From: Octopus vulgaris
Lineage: Eukaryota
DNA: 64,000 bases
Direction: 5' to 3'
Assembly: GCA_951406725.2 (NCBI GenBank)
Contig: OX597822.1
Span: forward strand, 58,714,001 to 58,778,000
Both the position numbers and the translations under genes were made by a program. How positions within the stretch are numbered: position 1 is the first letter of the stretch; each line of letters starts with the position of its first letter. The notes under the pieces are model-generated. The model had not been told where the DNA came from. It saw only the letters and a program-made list of their open reading frames with translations, and searched no databases. Positions 52,205 through 64,000 of this stretch are shown here, in pieces.

Positions 52205-52782
52205 GTGTTAGCATCCATGAAATACATAAAAGAGTTTAGAAAATTGAATTCCTAAAGCTAGGTTATCTCAGAATCAGAAAATATTTTAAGCTTTGAACAA
52301 TTTGTGACCTTCTACAATGCTCAAATGTACCATGTTTGAGTGGTACTCATATATCAAAGAATATTTTATTTGACACATTCGCTTGTACTGTCAACAATTT
52401 CTCTTTCAGGGAGCATGAAAAATACATGTGTGTTTTTTGTTTTTTGAAATGCAGAGAGATAAATTATCTTTTTTTCCAGATGTTTGATAAGGGATTGAGA
52501 TACTTTCCTTTGTCTCCCAACTCTACCAGTCTGATTTTTTCGTATCTTGAGCATGTATGTTTGAAGTAGCTGTAGCAAAGGAAGAAAGACAGGTAATGCT
52601 TTCCCTGTTCTCAGTCTGAATTCCCCATGCAGTTGTGTGTGTGTGTGGGAAGGGGGGGGGTAGGGTGAGAAAGAGAGAGAGAGAGATTGCTGCTGACAAA
52701 ACTATCAGTATTAATAAGAAAGTAAAAAAAAAAAAGAAAAGAAAAATTAAAGATATAGATAAATAAAACCTGTAATATTTAC

Positions 52783-52892
52783 CATTTTCATAATGTTGAA
52801 GAGCATTTTTCATAGCTTCCTCATATGACTTGTAGAGAGGCTTGGCTTCACTTAGTGGACATTCCAGAAGGTTTCGATAAAACGGATTGTCA
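52783..52892 (-). CDS. TPR-like gene exon (110 bp, phase 2 to 1)
   Basis: ttttatttcag| ... |gtaaat; DNPFYRNLLECPLSEAKPLYKSYEEAMKNALQHYEN. Confidence 0.8.
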
Positions 52893-55110
52893 CTGAAATA
52901 AAATGAAAATAAAAATGAAAAATAATGCAGAAAATAACTTAGATTATATAACAATGACACATGATCATGAACTCAAATTTTAAAATATGAGAGGGAAAGG
53001 TCAAAGCTGAGAGTAGAGAAACACATCCTTAGTAAGTAGAATAACAAAAGAGTTGTTACATGTTTTGAGTGGTTACAACTGCAGTCGGTTTGTTGTGGTA
53101 GATGCATGGATGACAGAGGAAAATAACATGTTACAGCAGCAGCCAAAAGAACCTGGCACCACCTGGAGAGAGAGTCCCACATTGCGAACTGTATGTAAAA
53201 TTATGTATATAAATATATGAAAGCTGAGTGGTAGAGAAGTTCACTTGGTTTGGGGTTCAGTGTCACTGATTGGTACCTCGGGTAACTGTAGTCTAGTATA
53301 TCTCTGGACCAACCATAGCCTTATGCATGGATTTGGTAAACAGATACTGAAAGAAGCCCATTGTGCATGCAGGTTTGTCTTTCCTTGGTTTGATATTACA
53401 TGATAATTATAAGTGGGTGTCACTGTCATACAAATGGTGTAACTCATTTCCAATCTTCAATGAAAACATGTCTGGACATCTAGCTTTAGAAAATCCTCCT
53501 CAAGGAATTCTCTCTGATGGAATTTATTGAAAGATATTTGAACAGTTTGTTACTGAGAACATATCTGAACTGGTCTTAAGTTTGTATACTTTCTGTCACT
53601 GTTTCACCTTTCACCATCTGACATAAGATCACCTCCTCCAATGCCCCCCTCCCCTCTCAAAAGATTTTTGTCTTGCAAGTTACTTGGTGACCCTGTCAGT
53701 GCAGGTGCCACTTAAAAAGCATCCAGTTTACACTGTAAAGTGGTTGGTGTGTATAAAGGCATTCAGCTGTAAAAATCCTGCCAAAACAGTCACAGAAGTC
53801 TGGTGCAGGCTTCTGCCTGGCCGGCTCCTGTCAAACTGTCCCACCCATGCCAGCATGGAAGGTGGACATTAAACGATGATGATGATGACGATGACTCACA
53901 TATCTGTTCTGGCCTGGCCTGGCAGCCAAAATGTGCAATCAATCAATAATATTTACTGAGTTATGATAAAGGAAGCAAAGCTTTCTAATCAGCTTATAGT
54001 TGCTTCTCTTGGTATCTGATGCTGATGAGAATTAACAAGGTTGAAATGCATCCATTAGTGCAGTAGAGAGGACTCTATGCTAACTATGTTATTTTATCAC
54101 CTTTTAGTCTCAAGCGAGAATTTTTCCACCACAACAAACCACAGTGAAAAACTTTTACAACTCTAATTATCTCCCAAACATACATGAACTGGTATTAAGT
54201 TTGTGTGTATGTGTGTGTGTGTACGCGTGCACAAGCAACATAATGTCTATGAACTAGAAACCCTTAAACAAGTATCACCCTTAGCAGAACTAGAACCCTT
54301 GTGAAGGACAATCATGCAATATCATGGTATAATATAAACAAAACTACCATAAAATAAGAAATCCAAAAGAAGTTTAGCCTTATGAGAATTAGAATTTCAA
54401 AGAAGGACGATTAGAACCATGAGAACAAGATACAAAAGAGTCACAGTCAACAAGCACATCAAAGATATAAACCCATCATCAACTGCCAAACGGATATCAT
54501 TATAGTTTTGATGCTTAGGCAATACCACTCTATCTGGTGCTGTTAACAGTGCTAAAAACACAAATGCTACCTGGGAATTTACAGATAAGAAGCAGGAGTG
54601 AAACATTGGCGCAATATGTCCATTACATCTACACTTGCCTATTGTTACATCCAATCGCAAACATAAATTGTTTCAAACATATAGTTATGAAGGAGAGAAA
54701 TTTAAAAAATACTTCATTGGAAACAGAGAAGTAACTTCAAAATGGATATAAACATCTCAAGAATTACAGAACTTAAAAATGAACTAGCAAACTAAACACG
54801 TCAAACAAAAAATTATGAAACATAGTTACAAACATACAGCAATAGACATGGCTACCCTACAATCTATAACATATTTCAAGCATGAAAACAGCTAAAACAA
54901 ACCAAACATAAACAAACAGAATAGCATATCACTTAAGCTATAAGTTTTCAATCATCTTAAAACAATGCCACATGGGAATAAACTAGTATAGTTCAATATT
55001 TATTAGATATACACCTTAATTATAGAAAATATATTTAAATGAATATTTCATCTAAAAACATATACATATATACATATTCTAGGAATACATAAAGGAGTCA
55101 ACATACTTAC

Positions 55111-55234
55111 AGCAACAGTTCCATATCAGAGACATCGAATTTTGGAGGCACCTTTGTCATTTCTTTCAGTCTTTTCAAAATATCTTTGGGCTCTTTAGTA
55201 TCACATTTACCCAGTGCCAGAGCAGTGCAATAAG
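55111..55234 (-). CDS. TPR-like gene, most 5' exon found (124 bp, phase 1 to 2)
   Basis: ttttccttacag| ... |gtaagt; YCTALALGKCDTKEPKDILKRLKEMTKVPPKFDVSDMELL. Confidence 0.8.
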
Positions 55235-56709
55235 CTGTAAGGAAAATATCATCATCAGTATAACATCAGAACCTTTTCAATAACAACAGTCAAGCCAATG
55301 AAGAAGCCTCTGTGTGGTTGCTCAACCAGTTAGAAATAGCAGCCAAATCTCCCTCAGATAACACTATAATGTAGATCTCAGTGGTGGATGCAGGGGTGTT
55401 GTCCAGGTTGCCCAGGCAACACTCTTTCTAACCGAGCTGACACCAGAAAAATCAGCACTAAGGCTTAAATTTTGAAAAAAAATGGCTTGGTTGTTTTTAT
55501 CAACTTGGATTATAAAGCGACCCTGTAACTAAGTTATGGTACACAAGTCTAGTTTGCTACTACTTTCCATAGGTACTGTTGCAAGTATAATAACATTGTT
55601 ATTTTATTTCCAGCAGTTTCACAGCATTACTGTTTCATATGCATATGGTCTGCCACAACAAAGTTAGAATACATAAAAATGGGTCCATTTGTTTTGAATT
55701 GCAATTCCCACCTGATATAGTATTTTTTAAAAAACTTTTAGGCCAACACCCCGCAAAAAATCCTGCCCCCACTGGATCTCATCAAGTAATGTTGACCTAC
55801 AGTTCAACAATAACAACCTTATCAACAGTCCAGTATACCCTCCCTCCACATCCCATGCTTCCATGATGTCTATCCCGTCAGGTCTAACTCAGGTTCAAGT
55901 AAGACTTGGAGGAGAATTAATACACATTATTGCCAGGAATGTAGTTCAGATGGCTCCAAAGATCAAGTCTTCAGTGACACAACATTACTAATAATAATAC
56001 AAGATAATTTCACATTTGTACAAGCCCATTCCCACCCCTGTCCATCGGAGCTCCAAGAACAACTAGACAATCAATCATTAGAATCTGGCATCTCAGAAGT
56101 CAGTTGTATGGTGACCCATAGTGACAAAATGCATGTATCAAGCCACTTGTCTAATTTTTAGAACCTAGTCATTTATACACTATGGAGTTATGGTGACACA
56201 GTTAAATCTCTGTCTCTCACATATATTCTTGTTCTGTAAAGTGTGATTTCCTTTTAAAATACAACCAACATATAGCACTCCATACAGGTGACCTCCTGAC
56301 CTCGTCAACCACCCTATGGAACTATTATTTCCATATCCACCTCTAACAGTCAATGAGGAATCACCATCATGATTGCAAGACTAGTTAGGAAGAGAAATCA
56401 AATCTCTCGCAAATCATATTCTATAACTTTAAGCAGGGAAAGGGACATACTCAATAATCTAGTCTCTGACATACAAAAAAAGTGAGGTGGAGCACCTTCT
56501 GATCAAATGTCTACTCGATAAGTCTGACCTTGGGTTAAAAGGTAACTGTTTTTCTCCTCTCTGTGTGAGTTTACATCTATCTTTCAGTGGTGCCCCTAGT
56601 TCAGGTGTTGGCTTTTGTTTTCTAGTGGGATCAATGTTACACACACACTACACAACAATAATAGTAGTAGTTATGTTTGAACTAATAATTTAGTAGTTAA
56701 TAAGTTTAA

Positions 56710-56921
56710 CCCTTTCGTTACCGTATTTATTTTAAGATGCTCTGTGTTTCTTTTAATTAATTTTAAATATAACAAAGAATTTAGTAAAATATCATTCAGC
56801 TAGTGTTAGGAACATAAATTGTGACTAAGGTTTGGTGTAAGATTTTAATTCAAAACTTATGAAAACAAGACATTTGTACTCAGAGCCAGAGCCGATTTCA
56901 GCCGGGTTGGTACTGAAAGGG
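56710..56921. mobile_element. piggyBac-type MITE
   Basis: TTAA-ccctttcg ... gaaaggg-TTAA. Confidence 0.8.
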
Positions 56922-57156
56922 TTAACTCCTTTTGAGGGGTTTGATATTTAACTCTTTCAAATCTCTGCTATATGTGTGTGTGTGGAATGCCCTTTTCAGC
57001 AATGACCATCTAATCTTTTTTTCAACAGATATATAGTACATGCTCATATTTGCTGCTACACATTCAAACATCCTAGACCACGTCAAAAGAATACCATTTA
57101 ACTGATTGACAATGATTCACTCATTATTCACACAACAATGACTAATTCACAAACTT

Positions 57157-57412
57157 GGCACTACTTAAGAACAGTGGTCCCGGTGCGAGCACTCGCGCAT
57201 CCGTGCTAGCTAGTCATGACTAGTTGATCCTTACTTTGTGTTTTTGTATTTTATTAACTTTATTCAAAAAAATTATTTACTTTGTTTAAAAAAATTATTT
57301 ATTTTGTGTTTTATTTACTTTGCTAGGTAGTCGTTGTAGGATCGACTAGACACAACTAACTAGCGCGGATGCGCGAGTACGTGCACCGGGACCACTCTTC
57401 TTAAATAGTACC
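57157..57412. mobile_element. Merlin-like MITE, third copy
   Basis: Same TIR family; perfect 9-bp TSD CACAAACTT. Confidence 0.85.
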
Positions 57413-57462
57413 CACAAACTTGTAGTTTCCTCTCTTTGTCTTACTATAATGTTCTCTGTTAA

Positions 57463-57683
57463 CCCTTTAGCATTTAAACCGGCCGTATCCGGCCAAAAGT
57501 ATTCTGCCTGTTTTATGTTCAAACTGGCCAGATCTTGTCTCTCGCACCAACCCTACAATATCGTTTTAAAAATTAACTGCTACCTCATCAAAATCTCATA
57601 GCTCCAAGATAATGCCTGATTAGTTCGAGGTAATGTGGATAAAAAAGGATTAATTTTGGCAGAATAATGCGAACACTAAAGGG
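57463..57683. mobile_element. piggyBac-type MITE, second family; older copies at ~11460-11674 and ~42911-43118
   Basis: TTAA-ccctttagcattt ... ctaaaggg-TTAA. Confidence 0.8.
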
Positions 57684-58510
57684 TTAACCTAAAATAGTTG
57701 AAGCCCATCTTTTATCCTTCCTGAACCTGCATGAACCCTTTTGTTACCATATTTCTGTTGAAATATACTACCTTTATTTCAGTTAGTTTTTAAAAATACT
57801 GAATAATTCATTAAACTGTCATTATTAATCTGGTGCATAGGGCAGCGAGCTTGTACTGGACAAAAAGCAGCATTCTGTTTGTCTTTATATTTCAAACTTA
57901 AATTCTGCAGAGATCAACTTTGCTTTTCAGAGCCAATACAATAAATACCAGCAAAGGACAGGGGATTGGCAGAATTACTTGAGGGCCCTGCAACATACCT
58001 TGTATTTGTTCCAGTTCTTCACATTCTGACAGTGTTGATAACAATGACACACTGGTGCTAAGCTATATTGGCCTAAGTCAGTGGCCTTTTCCTTGGAAAA
58101 ATACATCAGTGGTGCAAAAAGGGGAGACTTGCAAATATGGGCATATATGGCCTATCTTCTTGAAGCAAATATTTCTCAGGCTACGTATACATATCTTTTA
58201 TCTTTTACTTGTTTCAATCATCAGACTGCAGCTAAGCTGGTGCAACACCTTGAGACATTTTAGTTGAACAAATCAATCCCAGAACTTATTCTAAAAGTTT
58301 GGTATTTATTTGGCTAGGTTAGTCTCATATGTCCCATATGTAGATATAAGGTCAATATTGACCAACAGAGGTCCTACAAGATCTAGGGTAGAGATAGGGT
58401 CATGCAAGTGACTGTGAATTGGTTATAGATTAGGATTGAAACTTGAGTAAGTATCCATAGATTGATGGCTAATGAAGGTGGTGGAAGAAGGCTCTGAAGG
58501 TGTGTAGTTA

Positions 58511-60043
58511 CAGTCATCCTCAAAATTATTCATACCCCATGGAAACTAACATTCTTTTTTTAGATTCTTCATTTGTAAAAGGTATTTGTCTACTTGTTGC
58601 TATGCATAAATCCACATATGAGTTGGCTAAACATCATTTGCATAATAATAGATATGGCCTAAAGTTCTTTTTTGTACATGTTCTGAATTATTCATACACC
58701 TGTTTTCACTTTCTGTGAATATGCTAACCTTTGTCCTAGAGTTATTTTTAGAAGAGTGCAAATAGAGGAAAAGTGTTCTGGTCATTCTCAATTTCTGATC
58801 ATCATGGCCAAGAAGAAAGAGCTCAGTGAGGACCTACGTCAATGTCTTGTGTGCGGCCACAGTGAACAAAAGGATTACAAGGCCATTTCAAAGCAGTATG
58901 ATGTCCCTGTGTCAACCATCCAGAGCATAATCAACAAGCGCAAGAGGTTCAACACTGTTAAAAACCTCAGTGGGCATGGCAGGAAGCATAAGGTGTCTCC
59001 CAAACTTGCCAGGAAAATCTGCCGAGCGGTCAACAACAATGCCTAGACCACAAGCAAGGCCTTAATTGAAATGCTTGACCAGGTAGGGATGATGGCGTCA
59101 CTCCACCATTGAGTGAGTCTTGCACAGAGGAAGTCTCCATGGACATAGGCTTCGGAGACGTCACTGCTCAAGATAAAACATCTGGAGGCCCACCTGGCCT
59201 TTGCTAGAGGTCATCTGAAGCAAGATCCCAGCTTTTGGCCAACCAGCCTATGGTCTGATAAGATGAAGTTGGAGTTATTTGGCCATATGGATGCTGAATA
59301 CATCTAGAGGAAGAAAGGAGAAGCATACAAGCCAAGAACACTGTGCCCACCATCAAATATGGTGGTGAAAACATAATGTTATGGGAATGCTTCTCTTCCA
59401 GTGGTACAGGGAACCATGTCAAGGTCCAAGGAATCATGAGAAAGGAGGATTATATCAGGATCCTTGATGAAAATGTGAAGGAATCTGCAGAGAAACTCCA
59501 ACTCGGCTGCAACTGGAAGTACCAGCAGGACAATGATCCAAAACATAGCACCAAAGTAGTGAAGAAATGGTTCAAGGACAATGATGTCAATGTCCTAGAA
59601 TGGCTAAGTCAGAGTAGTAACTTGAATCTGATTGAGAACTTGTGGCGAGACTTGAAGACCAGAGTGATGACTAGGAAACCAACCAGCCTGACCCAGCTTG
59701 AAGCTTTCGCCAAGGCAGAGTGAGTGAACATCCCACAGGAGATATGCAGGAAGCTTGTGTACACATACAAGAATCGTCTAGAAGCAGTCATAAAAAACAA
59801 AGGCTATGGTATTGACTATTAAAGAAAGATATTGGACCCAGTAAACCTAGGGTATGAATAATTTTGAACATGGCATTTTTTGAAAATCCATGAATAAAAT
59901 ACCCCTGAAATGAAGAATTTCTTGAATTGTGTATTGTTAGTCGTTCACTTGTTAATCACATATAACTCATAAACAAACTTGATAAAATGCTTTCATTTCA
60001 TCACAAAAATTAACAAGGATATGAATAATTTTGAGGACGGCTG
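58511..60043 (+). mobile_element. Full-length decayed Tc1 (DD34E) element with IR/DR ends
   Basis: TA-cagtcatcctcaaaattattcatac ... atgaataattttgaggacggctg-TA; transposase 58804-59822 (MAKKKELSEDLR, GRKHK, QQDNDPKH, NLIENLW) with stops and frameshifts. Confidence 0.95.
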
Positions 60044-60783
60044 TAATAATAACTGGAACAGTTGTAATCTAAACCCAGGTCAGCTCAAATTGATCAAGAG
60101 ACATGAACCATTCTACGTTTTTTTTTTAAGGATTACATTATCCAATTTGTCATTTTCTAAGATGTTTAGGTGTGATTTGAGGGAGGTTTGGCGGTTATTT
60201 CTTGATGGCAGAGCGATCACTAAAGAGGGTTTTCAGTTATTTTGAAATTCATGTGCTGATGGGATGCAGAAAGATGGTAACTGGAGTAGAGGTGCAGCAA
60301 GAAAAATCTATAGGCTGGAGATAGCCGGTAACCAAAGCTGGGGTATGTTTCTACTTGTTCCAGTCATTGGACACTGGTCATGCCAGAATATCGTATTCCA
60401 GGGTTTAGTCAATAACATCAACATATTTCAGAAAGTGAAGCAGACATAGGTAGGATTTTAATTCAGAAAGTGACATAACCATATACCAGAAAGCTGTCAG
60501 AAACGTTAGCACACTGGGCAAAATGCTTAGCAGTATTTCGTCTGCTGTTACGTTCTAAGTTCAAATTCCGCCGAGGTCGACTTTGCCTTTCATCCTTCCG
60601 GGGTCGATAAATTAAGTAACAGCTATGCACTGGGGTTGATGTAATCGACTTAATCAGTTAGTCTGTCCTTGTTTGTCCCCTGTTTAGGCCCTTGTGGGCA
60701 ATAAAAAAATAAGAAAGTATTTTTTCTGACATTTTGCAAATTCTTTCAGCTACCAACTATATAGAAAAAAAATTGTAAATGAA

Positions 60784-60828
<45 letters not shown>

Positions 60829-61055
60829 AGTGGTCAAGAGCACTCCTTAAAACAAAAAGAGGATATAGTGAGGAAATGTTATGAGGCAGAAAAATAACCA
60901 CTTATTTGGTTTAAGCTGATTACTTTGAGGATATGAAAGCTAGAGAAGAAATGGCAATTATGTTGGAGAATATTTGCATACATATTCCACACATACACAC
61001 ACTCCCAACACACAAGTACCATTGTTGATCTTTCATCATAACACACACACATATA

Positions 61056-61461
61056 CTGGTTGTCATCGACTTATGACCTATTTGACCTTACAATGATTGG
61101 GGCGCCAGCTCTCGGCAGCAATAATAAATTGTCCAGTTGAAATCTAATGGGTTTAATTTCTTAGAAATTAACCCATCTATGGATGATGTCAGCTAACAAA
61201 CGCTTCACCTAGGTTTGTTTATTGATTGCCACTGTGTTGGATGACTATCCTGTCACAGAGACATCGAGGCAACCTCGTATTTGTTTATAAGATGACTGCT
61301 TGAGACTCTGAAATTTATGACTAACGCCAGAATGGTGCGTGTGGCTTTTACCTGAGAATGTACCTTAAGAATGTAAAAGCATAAAACAGAGCCATGTAGG
61401 CTTATAGGCCAACTTACGACCAGTCAGTCGGAACCAATTGTGGTCATAAGTCAAGGATGAC
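61056..61461. mobile_element. Tigger/pogo-like MITE, decayed
   Basis: tgtcatcgacttatgacc / ggtcataagtcaaggatgaca inverted ends. Confidence 0.6.
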
Positions 61462-61547
61462 ATATACATACATATATATATATATACATACATATATATA
61501 CTTATACATACACATACATACAAACATATATACTTATACATACATAC

Positions 61548-61582
<35 letters not shown>

Positions 61583-61749
61583 TATATATTTATATATATA
61601 CTTATATACACACATATATATATATATATATACACACTTATACACATATATATATATGTATATATACATTTATACACACACACACACACATATATATATA
61701 TACACACTTATACATATATATATATATACTTATACACACACATATATAT

Positions 61750-61865
<116 letters not shown>

Positions 61866-64000
61866 ATGACTTTAATATAGTTCTTAGGGTGATTCAGCAT
61901 AACATAAATACAAGTACCACTCACTTTTGTCAGTTGAGTGGACTAGAGCAATATGAAATAAAGTGCCTTGTTCAAGGACATAACACACCACTAGGAATTG
62001 AACTTATGACCTTATGATTGTGAGCTGAATACCCTAACTACTAAGACACATAGCATCACTCCCAAGTTTGTAACATATGTTATAGATTAAGCAAACATAT
62101 ACATGCATATGCATATAGAAATATTAAAAGAAATTTTTTAATTGCTTAGTAAACTGCAGTTTAAAGATACATCTTTCTGATTTAATATGAGCAAATCTTT
62201 ATATATAAAGCTGAAGTTGTCTGTGTGTGGCAGGTTTGGTAGCCTTTAACTAACAATATCTCCTTTGAGATCCTGCGGCGCAAGTTGACCAAAATTGACA
62301 GTATGATAGAAGAAGGCTTGCTCTTCATTCTGTAGAAGAAAAAATTCAAGGTGCTTTTTTTCTATGAAAATCCCTATTTTTTTACGATTTTTTTACTGCT
62401 ATGTCGACATTTTTCAGTGTATTTCAACCAGAAAAATGTTCACTTAATTATTATAACAAGCTACATAATGCAAAATTTTTACTTTTCAAAAATTCCGATT
62501 CTAAAGGGTCGAAAAGAAAACAAACCCAAGCAACGCTGGGCTATACTACTAGTGCATTGATAATGTTGGAAATGTTTGTTTCACACAGATGCTCCTCTTT
62601 GATTACAGTGAGATTAGATTCGACCTCTTTTTTTTTTGTGCTATGGAACTCCTTGGCTCATTTGCAAATTGTCATTTTCTGCTGCAGCTTGATAACCACA
62701 AGTGACAAATAGATGGCCAAAGCATTTTATATATTTGCAAAACAAAACGTAAATAAGAAATGGCCATGATAAAGATGTAGCCAAACAAGGTCTTGCATGA
62801 TGCCAATATAAGAAGCAAGATTACAGCAGCAAGCTGGCAGAATCATTAGCATTTTGTCTGTCTTCACATTCTGAGTTCAAAATCCTCTGAGATCAACTTT
62901 GCCTTTCATCTTTCCAGGGTTGATAGAATAAATATCAGTTGAACATTAGAGTTAATGTAATCAGCTTATCCCCTCCTAAGAAATTGCTGGCCTTGTGCAA
63001 TAATTTGAAATCAATATGAGAAGCAAGATCAGTTTTAAACTGTTTTGTAAACTCCCCAAACTCTTCACCAAGACTTTATACCAGATCTTCTGAAAGTCAT
63101 TTCAACAAGATTTGAAGACCATTGTTTTGTCTTTTATTACTTGTTCTAGACATTGGAGTATGGTCATACTGGGGCATTGCTTTGAAAGATTTTTAGTCAG
63201 ACAAATTTCCCCCAGTACCTAATGAGTACCTGGTACTTATTCTATCAGTCTCCTTTGCTGAACTGGTAAGTTATGGGGACATCAGAACAATATTGGTTGC
63301 CAAGTGGTGCGGAGGATAAACAGACACAAACACACACACGTATTTAAGAAGAGCTTCCGCAGTTTCTGTCTACCAAATTCACTCATGAGGTAGGGATATA
63401 GTATGCTCAAAGTGCCATACCTGTAACAGATGAAGGAATCTGAATATATGATTCATCTTTGGTAAGTTTTCCAGTGTTTTGAGATGGACAAAAAGCAATC
63501 AAATAATAACTTATAAAAAGGTATCTGTGATTTAACAAGTTGTTCAAGAGTGATAAAACTTACTGAAATCATCACTTGTGATTTTGCTCATAATCTCTTA
63601 CAGTTTGTTGTTGGTAATCTTCACATACACGGTTAGTTCCTTAGTTTATTTGCTCAATGCTTGAAAAAGTAGACTACTGTGCTTGCATAAATCCATGCAA
63701 AAATTCATGGAGTGAACAAGCTGTGATCAAATCTTGGTCATATGATTGCTCAAGAAGCACAAGAAATTTGGAAATACTGTAATACTTCATACTGGCCATT
63801 AGACTTGTTTCGAAGTCCTTGATGGTTGGAATCCACAAGTCAGTGGTTGATACTCTCTCTCTTCTGACCACTTTTATTTTATATATCATTCAAGAGCTAT
63901 TTTAATAATTACAATAAAAAAAAACACCACCTAAAAGCCCCCACCAAAAAAAAAACAAAACAAACAAAAACAAATAACTCCCTGTGTAAAATGTTCATTT

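Noticed and set aside
52527-52569. 43-bp exon candidate with a good acceptor
   Set aside because: Weak donor (gtagag); the 49770-49869 exon fills the same phase slot with consensus sites
63674-63889. 71-aa minus-strand ORF as an upstream exon
   Set aside because: No convincing splice sites before the stop and no recognisable motif

Overview
AT-rich, repeat-dense animal genomic DNA, very likely octopus (inferred from the tRNA-derived SINE families and microsatellite density). Almost all supplied ORFs are microsatellite or repeat artefacts. Host coding sequence I can support, read by eye: (i) the 5' end of a minus-strand gene (ATG at 270, 90 open codons running off the left edge) with a GC-box/CCAAT promoter at ~676-717; (ii) a minus-strand gene of at least 10 phase-compatible GT-AG exons between 55234 and 33100 encoding a helical, TPR-like protein, lying in a visibly CpG-depleted half of the window. 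The rest is SINEs, decayed Tc1/mariner elements, Merlin/hAT/piggyBac/pogo-type MITEs, non-autonomous Helitrons, and CR1/RTE/Penelope fragments. The most interesting signals are three distinct hammerhead-ribozyme-like motif families (one inside a non-coding 826-bp-unit retrozyme/Penelope-like insertion whose boundary lies 7 nt from the predicted cleavage site), a tRNA-Asp pseudogene broken by an 89-bp copy of that element, and a 278-bp palindromic element with a tRNA-like loop. All coordinates were counted by hand and no searches were run.
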